From contig CAVUMN010000004.1 in assembly GCA_963742735.1 (NCBI GenBank), forward strand, positions 1,440,001 through 1,504,000: 64,000 bases of DNA, written 5' to 3'. The translations under genes and the position numbers were made by a program. The notes below the pieces were generated by a model, which worked only from the letters and a program-made list of their open reading frames with translations, was not told where the DNA came from and did not search any database. Every line of letters begins with the position of its first letter. The first letter of the stretch is position 1. The DNA is from an uncultured Actinomycetes bacterium (GTDB lineage Bacteria; Actinomycetota; UBA4738; JBBDTT01). Below, piece by piece: positions 1 through 9,428 of this stretch.

Positions 1-2
1 AC

Positions 3-1757
3 CGCAAGTACGGCCACGTGCAGGAGGTCATCGTCCAGAACTTCCGGGCCAAGCCGAGGACCGCGATGCACGCGCACCCCGAGCCGGCCGAGGAGGAGTT
101 CCTGGCCGCGGTCGCGGCGGCCCGGGTCATCCTCGGCCCCCGGATGCACCTGCAGGCCCCGCCCAACCTCTCCGATCCGGACTACCCGCGCCTGCTCGAC
201 GCCGGCATCGACGACTGGGGCGGCGTCTCGCCGGTCACGATCGACCACGTGAACCCCGAGGCGCCGTGGCCGAAGCTCGACGCCCTCCGCGCCCGCTCGG
301 CCGAGCGCGGCCACGAGCTCCGCGAGCGGCTGACGATCTACCCGGAGTACGCGACGCGTCCGGACCCGTGGCTGTCCGGAAGGATGCACGCGCCGGTGGC
401 CGCGCTGCTCGGGCCCGGCGGCCTGGGGGTCGAGGGACAGGTACCCGAGCCCATCGCGTGGCAGGACCCCGACGTCACCTGGAAGCCACGGGAGATCGCC
501 CTCACGTTCGCGAAGGGCGCCGACGCGGGACTGCGGGAGGACGCCGCGGACGTGTACGGAGACGTCCACGCCTTCGAGGTCCCGGTGACCGAGGCGTGGG
601 CGCGCGAGACGCCGGAGCCCGCGCGGATCGACGCCGAGATCCGCTCGGCGCTCGCGAAGGCGGCCGACGGACGGACCGGCGCGATCACCGACGACGAGGC
701 GCTCGCGCTGTTCCGCGCGGAGGGCGCCGCGCTGGAGGCGCTGTGCCGCGTGGCCGACGACCTTCGCCGCGACGTGAACGGCGACGAGGTCACCTACGTC
801 GTGAACCGCAATATCAACTTCACCAACGTCTGCTACACGGGCTGCCGCTTCTGCGCGTTCGCCCAGCGGGAGGTCGACCCCGAGTCCTACACCCTCACCC
901 TGCGTGAGGTCGGCGACCGCGCGGTGGAGGCCCGCGAGTACGGGGCGACCGAGGTGTGCATCCAGGGGGGCCTGCACCCGGACCTGCCGGGGACCTTCTA
1001 CTTCGACCTGCTCGACGAGATCCGGACGCGCGCGCCAGAGCTGCACGTCCACGCGTTCAGCCCGATGGAGGTGCTGAACGGCTCGGCCCGCCTTGGGATC
1101 TCCTTCGCCGAGTTCCTGCAGGAGTGCCGCGATCGCGGCCTGGGGAGCATCCCCGGGACGGCCGCGGAGATCCTCGACGACGACGTTCGGTGGGTGCTGA
1201 CGAAGGGGAAGCTCCCGGCCGACACCTGGGAGGAGGTCGTGAAGACCGCCCACGGCCTGGGGATCCGGTCGTCCTCCACGATCATGTACGGCCACGTGGA
1301 CGCGCCGCCGCACTGGGTGGGTCACATCCGCCGGCTCGGCCGGATCCAGTCCGAGACGGGAGGGTTCACCGAGTGGGTGCCGCTCCCGTTCGTTCACCAG
1401 AACTCGCCGATCTACCTGGCCGGCAAGGCCCGTCCCGGTCCCACCCTGGAGGACAACCGGCGGATGCACGCGGTCGGGAGGATCCTGCTCCACGGGCTGA
1501 TCTCGAACGTCCAGGTGTCGTGGGTGAAGATGGGCCTCGAGTACTGCCAGCTCATCCTGCAGGGCGGCGCGAACGACTTCGGCGGGACGCTGATGGAGGA
1601 GACGATCAGCCGGATGGCCGGCGCCGAGTGGGGGATCCGCAAGGAGCCCGAGGAGCTTCGGGAGGCGATCCACGCGATCGGCCGCGTCCCCGCCGAGCGC
1701 ACCACGACGTACGGCCGCGTTCTCCGAGAAGGGGAACTCGTCAAGCTCCCTGACTAA
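3..1757 (+). CDS. fbiC: FO synthase FbiC (CofG-CofH fusion), 5'-truncated by window edge
   Basis: End of CofG half (QEVIVQNFRAKP, IDDWGGVSPVT) then CofH radical SAM motif NRNINFTNVCYTGCRFCAF and GGANDFGGTLMEETISR; frame open to left edge. Confidence 0.93.
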   Translation, partial: RKYGHVQEVIVQNFRAKPRTAMHAHPEPAEEEFLAAVAAARVILGPRMHLQAPPNLSDPDYPRLLDAGIDDWGGVSPVTIDHVNPEAPWPKLDALRARSAERGHELRERLTIYPEYATRPDPWLSGRMHAPVAALLGPGGLGVEGQVPEPIAWQDPDVTWKPREIALTFAKGADAGLREDAADVYGDVHAFEVPVTEAWARETPEPARIDAEIRSALAKAADGRTGAITDDEALALFRAEGAALEALCRVADDLRRDVNGDEVTYVVNRNINFTNVCYTGCRFCAFAQREVDPESYTLTLREVGDRAVEAREYGATEVCIQGGLHPDLPGTFYFDLLDEIRTRAPELHVHAFSPMEVLNGSARLGISFAEFLQECRDRGLGSIPGTAAEILDDDVRWVLTKGKLPADTWEEVVKTAHGLGIRSSSTIMYGHVDAPPHWVGHIRRLGRIQSETGGFTEWVPLPFVHQNSPIYLAGKARPGPTLEDNRRMHAVGRILLHGLISNVQVSWVKMGLEYCQLILQGGANDFGGTLMEETISRMAGAEWGIRKEPEELREAIHAIGRVPAERTTTYGRVLREGELVKLPD

Positions 1758-1922
1758 ACTCGTCAAGGTACTTGACCATTTACACACGCGCACTTTTTCG
1801 CGCGAAACCCTTGCACTCGTTACATGCACCCACGACCATCGTTCTTCGAGGTATCGCGTATGGAACTGCCTTTCCAGATTTCGACGATTGCCCCCTTGCG
1901 CGCGAGGCCGCAACTCCTGTTG

Positions 1923-1940
1923 AATTACAAGAATGTAATT
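1923..1940. promoter_or_regulatory. Perfect AT-rich palindrome upstream of whiB (putative operator)
   Basis: AATTACA-AGAA-TGTAATT, 16 nt before the whiB ATG. Confidence 0.55.
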
Positions 1941-1956
1941 TGGGGGAGGGGCGGTC

Positions 1957-2184
1957 ATGCACCATTTCATCCCGTGGCAGGAACGGGCCCGATGCCGCGA
2001 GTACGACCCGGAAGTCTTCTTTCCAGAGAAGGGCGGGTCATCGCGGGAGGCCAAGCGGATCTGCGCGGAGTGCCCTGTGAGGGTCGAGTGCCTGAACTAC
2101 GCGCTGCGCCGCGACGAGCGGTACGGGGTGTGGGGGGGCATGAGCGAACGGGAGAGGCGACGCCTGAAGCGTATGGCGTCCTGA
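1957..2184 (+). CDS. whiB: WhiB family Fe-S transcriptional regulator (WhiB/WhiB2-like)
   Basis: Four Cys (C..CAEC..C), FFPEKGGSSREAKRIC, GVWGG turn, basic tail; SD GGGGAGG. Confidence 0.95.
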   Translation: MHHFIPWQERARCREYDPEVFFPEKGGSSREAKRICAECPVRVECLNYALRRDERYGVWGGMSERERRRLKRMAS

Positions 2185-2204
2185 CGGGAGAGAGGGGGTG
2201 AGCG

Positions 2205-2564
2205 ATGGCGACCGCAAAGAAACGTCCTGCGAAGAAGCGCACGGCGAAGAAGTCGGCGGCTCGTAAGAAGCCGGCGGCGAAGAAGCGCACGGTGAAGAAG
2301 ACCGCGGCGCGCAAGCCGGCGACGAAGAAGCGCACGGCGAAGAAGTCGACGGCTCGCAAGCCGGCGGCGAAGAAGCGCACGGCGAAGAAGCGCACGGCGA
2401 AGAAGTCGACGGCACGCAAGCCGGCGGCCAAGAAGCGCACCGCCAAGAAGGCCACGGCGAAGAAGCGGACGGCGAAGAAGTCGACCGCGAAGAGGCGCCC
2501 GGCCAAGAAGCGGGCAGCGAAGAAGACGACGGCGAGAAAGAAGGCCACAGCCCGGAAGAAGTAG
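2205..2564 (+). CDS. Histone H1-like Lys/Ala-rich nucleoid protein
   Basis: 119 aa almost entirely AKKRT/AKKST/ARKPA repeats; SD AGGGGG; 20 bp after whiB. Confidence 0.8.
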   Translation: MATAKKRPAKKRTAKKSAARKKPAAKKRTVKKTAARKPATKKRTAKKSTARKPAAKKRTAKKRTAKKSTARKPAAKKRTAKKATAKKRTAKKSTAKRRPAKKRAAKKTTARKKATARKK

Positions 2565-2584
2565 CCGTCGACCGGGAACCACTC

Positions 2585-2609
2585 GGAGGGGGGCCGTAGG
2601 CCCCCTTCC
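2585..2609 (+). terminator. Hairpin after whiB-histone-like operon
   Basis: GGAGGGGGGCC-GTA-GGCCCCCTTCC stem-loop. Confidence 0.55.
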
Positions 2610-2689
2610 GTGCGTCCGGGGCCGGTTCGAAGTGAGCCGGTTCGGGCCTTGGCAACCCCGGGCGGTAAGATGCGAGCTTCATCCGCTCG

Positions 2690-5600
2690 ATGGCCAAGAC
2701 CAAGACCACATCCGGCTCCACCGCGAGCCGCACCCGGAAGGCGCCGAGCGTCCTGGTCATCCTCGTGGTGAAGGACGGCGAAGCCTGGGTGCGCGGAACG
2801 CTCGCCGCGCTGTCCAAGCAGCGCTACCCCCGCCTGGGCATCATTGCCGTCGACAACGGCTCTCGCGACGGGTCGGCCCAGATCCTGCGGACGATGCTCG
2901 GCGAACCCCGCGTGGTGTCCCTGCCCACCAACCGAGGGTTCCCCGCCGCGGTGGCCGAGGCGCTGCGCCGTGCCGGCAACGCCGCGGAGGCCGACTACCT
3001 GCTGATGCTGCACGACGACGCGGTCCTGTCCCCGGGCTCGCTGGCCAGGATGGTGGAGACCGCCGAGCGCATCGAGGGGGTCGGCGTGGTCGGGCCGAAG
3101 GTCGTGGACTGGGACGACCCCACGATCCTGCGCGAGGTCGGCCTGTCGACCGACCGGTTCGGCTATCCCTTCTCTCCCCTGGAAGAGGAGGAGCTCGACC
3201 AGGGCCAGTACGACCGGGCCCGGGACGTCCTGTACGTGTCCTCCTCGGCCATGCTCGTCTCCCGCGAGGCGCTCAAACGGGTCGGCCTGCCCGACGAGCG
3301 CTACGGCAGCTACTTCGAGGACATGGACTTCGGGTGGCGTTCCCGGCTCGCGGGTTTCCGCGTGGTGATGACGCCGCGCGCGGTGGTCCGCCACCGGCAG
3401 GCCTCCTTCCGCGACGAGCGGCCGGGGAGCGCCGCGGCGAAGCGGAGCCGCTACTACACGGAGCGCGCCAGCCTGGCCAGCCTGCTCAAGAACTACTCCG
3501 TCCTCACCCTGTTGTGGGTCCTGCCGCTCTACGCCGCGTTCGGGTTCGTGCGGCTGCTTCTGTTCCTTCTGGAGCGCCGCTTCGCCGAGGCCACGCAGAT
3601 CCTCGCGGCCTGGGGCTGGAACCTCGCCCACCTTCCGGGCACCGTCCGACGGCGGGTCCGTGCCCAGGCCGTCCGCGCCGTCCCCGATCGTGAGATCCGC
3701 CGCTTCATGGCCCCGGCCGGCATCCGGATCCGCCGATGGCTCCAGGCCGGCGCGGCGGTCCTGTTCGGCCGGGGTCAGATGGAGGAGGAGGACATCATCG
3801 AGCGGCCGCCGCTGCGCCAGCGGGCCGGCTCGTACGCCCTGTCCCACCCCGTCGGCGTGGCGTGGGGGGTCTTCGCCCTGGTCGCGCTGTTCGCGTACCG
3901 GACCGTGTGGGGGGCCGACCCGCTCACCGGCGGCGCGCTCGGAGAGCTCCCGGCGGGATCGAGGGGGTTCCTGACCGCGTTCGTCTCGGGGTGGCGGGAC
4001 ACCGCCCTGGGCGGAGCGCAGTCCGCCAGTCCCGCGGTGGGGATGTGGTGGGTGGGATCGTTCCTCTCGTTCGGCAGCGCCGAGCTGTTCCAGAAGATCG
4101 CGCTCATGGCCCTCCCCCCGCTGGCCGGGGCCTCCGCCTACCGGGCCACCTTCCTGATCGGCGGGCAGCGGGGACCGGCGGTGCTGTCGGGGGCGACGTT
4201 CGCCCTGTCCTCGGGCGTGCTGTACGCGTTCTCCCAGGGGCGGATCGACCTGCTGGTGGTCATGGCCCTGACACCGTGGATGGCCCACCGTCTGTGGTCG
4301 TTCTTCGACCGGGCCGTCCCGGCGCATCCCCTGCGATGGCTGGTGGGAGGCGGGCTGGGCCTGGCCCTGGGGGCGGCGTTCCATCCCGGGATCGTCCTCA
4401 GCGCGGCGCTGTGCCTGGGCGTCGGCGTCCTGGTGCGGGGGAGCGACGGGAGCATCTGGCGCGGCCTTCGCTACGGGCTCGGGGCCGGCGCGGTAGCCGC
4501 CGCGCTGCTGTTCCCGACCGTCATCGAGTACCTCGGTGCCCCGGGGGCCCTGGCCGACGGGTCCGGCCAGGCCGACGTCTTCGAGCTGCTACGCGGCTCG
4601 CTCGGCCCGTCGCCCGGCTCGTGGGTGCTGGGGGCGTTCCTGCCGCTGGCGGCCGTGGTGGCCCTCGCGTTCGTCGACCGGCGGTTCATCCGGTGGGCGG
4701 CGCGGGCGTCGCTCGCCGCCCTGACCGGCACCGGGCTGGCGTGGGCGGGCGCCGCGGGCTACCTGCCCCCCGTCGTGTCTGACCCGGCCGTCTTCGTCGC
4801 GCTGGCGTTGTTCTGCTACGCGTTCGTCCTGGGGCTGGCGCTGTCCTCGATGGTCCTCGACGTCGAGCGCCACGCGTTCGGGGCCCGCCAGCTCGCGATC
4901 GGCCTGATCGGCGCGCTGGTCACCTTCGGCCTGATCGGCCAGACCTTCGAGACGATCCGCGGCGCTTGGGCCATCGGCGAGGACAAGCGTCCCGCGGCGT
5001 GGCCCGTCGTGTCCGAGGACGGATCCGAGGGGCCCTTCCGTGTCCTGTGGCTGGGCCGTCCGCTGGGGGCGGAGTTTCCGGCACCGGGCGGGCTTCCCCA
5101 GGGGATCCTCCAGGACGGGCGGTCGCTGCGGTTCGCGGTGACCGGGCGCGATGGGTCGAGCGCGGTCGACCTCGCCCGGCCGGGAACCGGCCCCGGGTAC
5201 GACTATCTGCGCGCGGCCCTGGCGGAGGCCATGTCCGGACGGACCCGCCATCTGGGGGCCATGCTCGCCCCGCTCGGCGTGCGGTACCTGGTCGCCGGGC
5301 AGGGCGACCTCCCCAAGGGCGCCGGGAGCCGTATCGACGCGCAGGTCGACCTGGACCTGGTGCAGTCGGCGGGCGGCCTGGTGATCTTCCGCAACGCCCG
5401 CGCGGTTCCGCCGCCGGCGGTGATCTCCGACGACGAGTGGGCGATCCTGTCGGCGGGCGGCCTGGACGACGCGGCCCGGGCCCTGAACCCCCGGGCCACC
5501 CTCCTGGCCGGGGGCGAAACGGAGTACCGCGGGCGCGCCGACGGCGGTGACGTGGTGTACCTCTCGGCGCAGGCGGCCAGCTGGGTCCTGGAGCCCGAGG

Positions 5601-5788
5601 GCGGCGAGGCGATCCGGCCGCGGGCCGCGTTCGGCTGGGCGATGGCCTTCGAGCCCTCGGAGCCCGCGGCGTTCGTGGCTCGCTTCGACGGACAGTGGGC
5701 CCGCCGCCTCGAGCTGCTGCTGCTCACGTTGCTGTGGGGCGCCGCCCTGTTCATCACCCGGCGCCTGCCGAGGGCGCCTCGCACGTGA
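2690..5788 (+). CDS. Glycosyltransferase family 2 with large multi-TM C-terminus
   Basis: VDNGSRD, LHDDA, FEDMDFGWR GT2 motifs followed by many hydrophobic segments; usual neighbour of whiB in Actinobacteria. Confidence 0.88.
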   Translation: MAKTKTTSGSTASRTRKAPSVLVILVVKDGEAWVRGTLAALSKQRYPRLGIIAVDNGSRDGSAQILRTMLGEPRVVSLPTNRGFPAAVAEALRRAGNAAEADYLLMLHDDAVLSPGSLARMVETAERIEGVGVVGPKVVDWDDPTILREVGLSTDRFGYPFSPLEEEELDQGQYDRARDVLYVSSSAMLVSREALKRVGLPDERYGSYFEDMDFGWRSRLAGFRVVMTPRAVVRHRQASFRDERPGSAAAKRSRYYTERASLASLLKNYSVLTLLWVLPLYAAFGFVRLLLFLLERRFAEATQILAAWGWNLAHLPGTVRRRVRAQAVRAVPDREIRRFMAPAGIRIRRWLQAGAAVLFGRGQMEEEDIIERPPLRQRAGSYALSHPVGVAWGVFALVALFAYRTVWGADPLTGGALGELPAGSRGFLTAFVSGWRDTALGGAQSASPAVGMWWVGSFLSFGSAELFQKIALMALPPLAGASAYRATFLIGGQRGPAVLSGATFALSSGVLYAFSQGRIDLLVVMALTPWMAHRLWSFFDRAVPAHPLRWLVGGGLGLALGAAFHPGIVLSAALCLGVGVLVRGSDGSIWRGLRYGLGAGAVAAALLFPTVIEYLGAPGALADGSGQADVFELLRGSLGPSPGSWVLGAFLPLAAVVALAFVDRRFIRWAARASLAALTGTGLAWAGAAGYLPPVVSDPAVFVALALFCYAFVLGLALSSMVLDVERHAFGARQLAIGLIGALVTFGLIGQTFETIRGAWAIGEDKRPAAWPVVSEDGSEGPFRVLWLGRPLGAEFPAPGGLPQGILQDGRSLRFAVTGRDGSSAVDLARPGTGPGYDYLRAALAEAMSGRTRHLGAMLAPLGVRYLVAGQGDLPKGAGSRIDAQVDLDLVQSAGGLVIFRNARAVPPPAVISDDEWAILSAGGLDDAARALNPRATLLAGGETEYRGRADGGDVVYLSAQAASWVLEPEGGEAIRPRAAFGWAMAFEPSEPAAFVARFDGQWARRLELLLLTLLWGAALFITRRLPRAPRT

Positions 5789-7164
5789 ACGTCCGCGCAC
5801 GACTGCTGCTTTCGGGGATCGTGGCGATCCTCGTCGTGGGCGCGGGCGCGGTGCTCCAGACGCGGGTCGGCCCCGATGAGTCCGCGGTACCCCAGCCCGT
5901 GTCCGCGGAGACGGGCGCGTGGTTCTGTCCCCACGGCGGCCTGTGGAAGACGTGGGTCACGGTGGGCAACCCCGGGGTGGAGACGGCCACGGTGCGGCTG
6001 ACGACCTACGGGGGAGAGGGCGTGGCGGGACGGGAGGACTTCGACCTCGCCGGGGGCGAGCAGCGCTACGTGCTGGTGCCCACCCCGAACGCCGGCACCG
6101 GCACCGTGGTGGAGTTCTTCGGGGCCGAGGTGGCGGCGGGCTGGATCTCGGAGGGCGACGGCGGGGTGGCCGCTGAGTCCTGCCGGGCCTCCGCCGGCCG
6201 CACCTGGTACGTCGCGGACGGCATCACCGAGCTCACCCAGGGCCAGCTGGAGCGGACGTCCTGGCTGGTGGTGATGAACCCGTTCGCGGTGGACGCCGCG
6301 TTCGACGTGACCCTGCTCACGGCCGAGGGCGCGCCCACGCGGGTCGGCGCGCTGCGCGGGTACGTCCTGAAGGCCCACCGCTCGATCGCGTTCAACCTCA
6401 ACCGCTACCTGCTGGGAGAGACGTCCATCGCCGCGAGCGTGAACGCCTCCCTCGGGTCGGTGTCGGTTTCCCAGCTCGGCCGGACCGAGAGCGTGGGCAT
6501 CCGCGCGGTCACGGCCGTCCCGCACCCGTCCCGGCGATGGGTGTTTCCCGCCGCTCTCGGTGCCGACGACTCGGCCCTGGTCGTCGCCGACCCGTTGGAG
6601 CAGAGCGCTGCGTTCAGCGTCCGCCAGCAGGGCCTCGAGGAGCAGCGGCCGGTGGACGACCTCACCGAGGCCAGCCTGCGAGGGCTGTCCGTGCAGACCT
6701 TCGAGGTGGCGACGGACCCGGGACCGTCGGGGATCGTGGTCGACGCCAACGCGGACGTGCCGGTGGTCGCGGCCCGGCGGACCGACGGCCACCGAGGCGA
6801 CGTGGGGGCGGTCTCGGGCGCCTCGTCCGTGGCCGCCGCGTGGGTGGTCCCGCCCACGGTCCCACCCACCGGGGGAGGCCAGCAGCGGCTGCTGCTCGAG
6901 AACCCCGGGCTGCAGGACATCACGGTGAGCGTCCGGGTGTTCGGCGACGCCGACCAGGACCTGGGGACGGTCGAGGTCCCCGCGGGCCGGACCGTGGCGG
7001 TCGGGCTGGACGAATCCTCGGACGGCGCTCCGGCGTGGGCCTACGTCGAGTCCCAGGATGGAACGTTCGTGGCCGGATCCGCGTCTTTGTCTCTGGAGGG
7101 TGCGTACGCGCTCTCGATCGGCCTGCCACTCGGGGGCGAGCGAGCGGTGATCCCGGAGTCGTGA
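5785..7164 (+). CDS. DUF5719 family secreted protein
   Basis: GTGA overlap with GT2 stop; N-terminal TM, WFCP, AAESC..WYVADG, LVVMNP motifs; synteny. Confidence 0.75.
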   Translation: MNVRARLLLSGIVAILVVGAGAVLQTRVGPDESAVPQPVSAETGAWFCPHGGLWKTWVTVGNPGVETATVRLTTYGGEGVAGREDFDLAGGEQRYVLVPTPNAGTGTVVEFFGAEVAAGWISEGDGGVAAESCRASAGRTWYVADGITELTQGQLERTSWLVVMNPFAVDAAFDVTLLTAEGAPTRVGALRGYVLKAHRSIAFNLNRYLLGETSIAASVNASLGSVSVSQLGRTESVGIRAVTAVPHPSRRWVFPAALGADDSALVVADPLEQSAAFSVRQQGLEEQRPVDDLTEASLRGLSVQTFEVATDPGPSGIVVDANADVPVVAARRTDGHRGDVGAVSGASSVAAAWVVPPTVPPTGGGQQRLLLENPGLQDITVSVRVFGDADQDLGTVEVPAGRTVAVGLDESSDGAPAWAYVESQDGTFVAGSASLSLEGAYALSIGLPLGGERAVIPES

Positions 7165-7167
7165 CCT

Positions 7168-8244
7168 ATGATTCGATCGAGACAGATGAGGCGAGGCAGA
7201 CACCGTAGGAACGGGCAACGCTCGCTGAGGATCGTCGTCCTGACGCTCCTCGTCCTCGGGCTGGCCTTCTCCGGGACCGCCTACGCCGGATACCGCTACG
7301 ACCTCGCCCGCGCCGACCGGATCCTTCCCGGCGTGTCCATCGACGGGGTGGACGTGGGCTGGCTCACTCGCGACGAGGCGATCTCCGCGCTCCGCAGCCG
7401 GGTGGAGGACCGCCTGGGCCGGGAGATCGAGGTGCAGGCGGGCGGCGCAACCCTGACGGTCACCCCCGGCGACCTGGGCTCCGCCGCCGACGTGGCGGCC
7501 GCGGTGGACGACGCGCTGGACGTCTCCCACTCCTACTCCTGGGTCAGCCGGGTGCTGGCCCGCCTGTGGAACCGCCCGGTCGGTCGCGAGGTGCCGATCG
7601 CCTACCAGCACGACGAGGCGAGCGTCGCCGCGTGGCTGGAGCGGGTCGCGGGCGAGCGCAACGTCTCCCCGAGGAGCGCCTCGGTCGACTGGATCGACGA
7701 CCACGTCGCCATCACCCGGTCCCGGCAGGGGCGGGCCCTGAAGCGTGCCCTGGCGGCCGAGGCCGTCCTGAAGGCGCTCGACGAGAGCGCCTCGGCCTTC
7801 ACGCTGCCGTTCAAGCGGCTGGCGCCGGCGGTGACCGAGGAGACGCTCGGCCACACCATCGTGGTGCGCACCGGGGTCAACAAGCTGATGCTGTTCGACG
7901 GGCTGAAGATGGTGAAGGAGTACGCCGTGGCCACCGGGACGCCGGGGTATCCCACCCCGCACGGACACTTCGAGATCATCAACAAACGCATGAACCCGAC
8001 CTGGGTGAACCCCGCGCCGAACGGATGGGGCGCCAGCCTGCCGGCCTCGATCGGGCCCGGTCCGGGGAACCCCCTGGGCACGCGCGCGCTGGATCTGGAC
8101 GCCCCCGGCATCCGCATCCACGGGACCTACGCGGACGACTCGATCGGGTCATGGGCCTCCCACGGCTGCATCCGCATGCACATCCCGGAGAGCGAGGAGC
8201 TGTTCGGGATCGTGGACGTGGGCACGTCCGTCGTCATCGTCTAG
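7168..8244 (+). CDS. L,D-transpeptidase (PG-binding + YkuD domain)
   Basis: N-terminal TM; GPGNPLGTRAL, IHGT and SHGCIRM catalytic motif. Confidence 0.92.
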   Translation: MIRSRQMRRGRHRRNGQRSLRIVVLTLLVLGLAFSGTAYAGYRYDLARADRILPGVSIDGVDVGWLTRDEAISALRSRVEDRLGREIEVQAGGATLTVTPGDLGSAADVAAAVDDALDVSHSYSWVSRVLARLWNRPVGREVPIAYQHDEASVAAWLERVAGERNVSPRSASVDWIDDHVAITRSRQGRALKRALAAEAVLKALDESASAFTLPFKRLAPAVTEETLGHTIVVRTGVNKLMLFDGLKMVKEYAVATGTPGYPTPHGHFEIINKRMNPTWVNPAPNGWGASLPASIGPGPGNPLGTRALDLDAPGIRIHGTYADDSIGSWASHGCIRMHIPESEELFGIVDVGTSVVIV

Positions 8245-8305
8245 ACCCCTCCGGGCCCCCACCCCGGATTTGGCACTCTTTCTTGCCCGGAACGGCCCTC
8301 TCGGC

Positions 8306-8334
8306 TTGCATGTTCTGCGTGGCAGCGGTAGTCT
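8306..8334 (+). promoter_or_regulatory. Sigma-A-like promoter for candidate sRNA
   Basis: TTGCAT-N17-TAGTCT; predicted TSS ~8341. Confidence 0.6.
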
Positions 8335-8340
8335 GGTGGG

Positions 8341-8438
8341 GTACCTCGCAGAGACCGGAAGGGTTCGCCCGGAAGGCCACTGCGGGGTACATCTCTATAT
8401 CGGAAGGCGCGGGAAACCCGCGTCTTCCTGCGGTTTTA
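8341..8438 (+). ncRNA. Candidate small structured RNA (two hairpins)
   Basis: Stem GTACCTCGCAG/CTGCGGGGTAC with GGAA/GGAA internal loop and UUCG-capped tip; linker ATCTCTATATC; hairpin GGAAGGCGCGGG-AAA-CCCGCGTCTTCC with TTTT shortly after. Confidence 0.55.
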
Positions 8439-8560
8439 GGTTCAGGGGGCCTCGAGGGCGGACCCCCGGATCCTCGTTCACGTGCTTAGGTAACGATCCG
8501 TTACACAAGACCCTCGCGGGGAACTTGAGAACGACATGAGTGTGATTTAGGGTATCGGCC

Positions 8561-8809
8561 GTGCGAACCTGTTCGAAGAGCACCTGCAGCGAGCCGTCGG
8601 TGGTCACGCTCGTGATGCGCTACGAGCGGCGGCAGGTAGCCATGGTCGCCCGGCTCCCCGAGTTCGACCCCAACCACCTGGAGCTGTGTGCCGACCACGC
8701 CGCCCGGCTGGTCCCGCCCATCGGCTGGTCCGTCCAGGACGAGCGCACGGGGGTGCGGTCCGCCGATCCCCTCGCCGAGCGCGGATTCGAGGAGTCGCTG
8801 CAGTCTTAG
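8561..8809 (+). CDS. DUF3499 family protein
   Basis: CSKSTC...TL..RY...LCADHAARLVPPIGW pattern; upstream of manB as in other Actinobacteria; leaderless -10 TAGGGT. Confidence 0.85.
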   Translation: MRTCSKSTCSEPSVVTLVMRYERRQVAMVARLPEFDPNHLELCADHAARLVPPIGWSVQDERTGVRSADPLAERGFEESLQS

Positions 8810-8825
8810 GTACGCTGTTACCTAA

Positions 8826-9116
8826 GTGGGACTCTCCAAGGATCTGATCCGCGAGGTACGGCACCTCGATGAGTACGACCTCCGCCGGCTGACGATCTTC
8901 ATCCGTGGGCTCCTAACGGCGCGCGGGGTCGACGAGCCCGCCGTCGAGCAGCTGATCGAACGCCCCGCCAACGTCACCTACCGGCAGGAGCGGGTCCGGT
9001 GCGGGCGCGAGGGATGCTCCCGATGTCCGCACGGCCCGTACTGGTACGCGTACTGGCGAGAGGGCGGGCGCCTGCGCTCCCGGTACATCGGCAAGGAGAT
9101 GCCCTCCCGCGCGTAG
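8826..9116 (+). CDS. Small putative zinc-binding protein (DUF6788-like)
   Basis: CGREGCSRCPHGPYWYAYWREGGRLRSRYIGK. Confidence 0.7.
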   Translation: MGLSKDLIREVRHLDEYDLRRLTIFIRGLLTARGVDEPAVEQLIERPANVTYRQERVRCGREGCSRCPHGPYWYAYWREGGRLRSRYIGKEMPSRA

Positions 9117-9212
9117 TCAGGGAGGACTATCCCGGTCTGGCCCGTTGAGCAACTCCGAAACCATCCCGGCGAGCCATGTGCCAAACCGTCCCGAAATGCC
9201 GAGAACCGAACC

Positions 9213-9410
9213 ATGAGCATGAACGTGAACGTGACCACCGAGAACCGGTGCCCCACGTGTGGATCCCGCGAGCTGCTGCGCGTCGACCTGGCGGTCGAGC
9301 ACGAGCCCATGGCGTTCACGACGTGTCCGCACTGCGAGAGTCGCTGGTGGGAGCGGGACGGCAACCCGCTTCCGCTCGAGGCCGTCCTGAAGGCCGTCGG
9401 CCGCAAGTAA
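9213..9410 (+). CDS. Small zinc-ribbon protein
   Basis: CPTC...CPHC pairs, 65 aa, GC-biased codons. Confidence 0.7.
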   Translation: MSMNVNVTTENRCPTCGSRELLRVDLAVEHEPMAFTTCPHCESRWWERDGNPLPLEAVLKAVGRK

Positions 9411-9428
9411 GTCCGTAGACTCGGGCGG

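Noticed and set aside
8341-8438. SRP RNA, SAM/SAH riboswitch or 6C RNA identity for the candidate sRNA
   Set aside because: Lacks the SRP CAGG..GGAA..AGCAG pattern, riboswitch consensus blocks and C-rich loops
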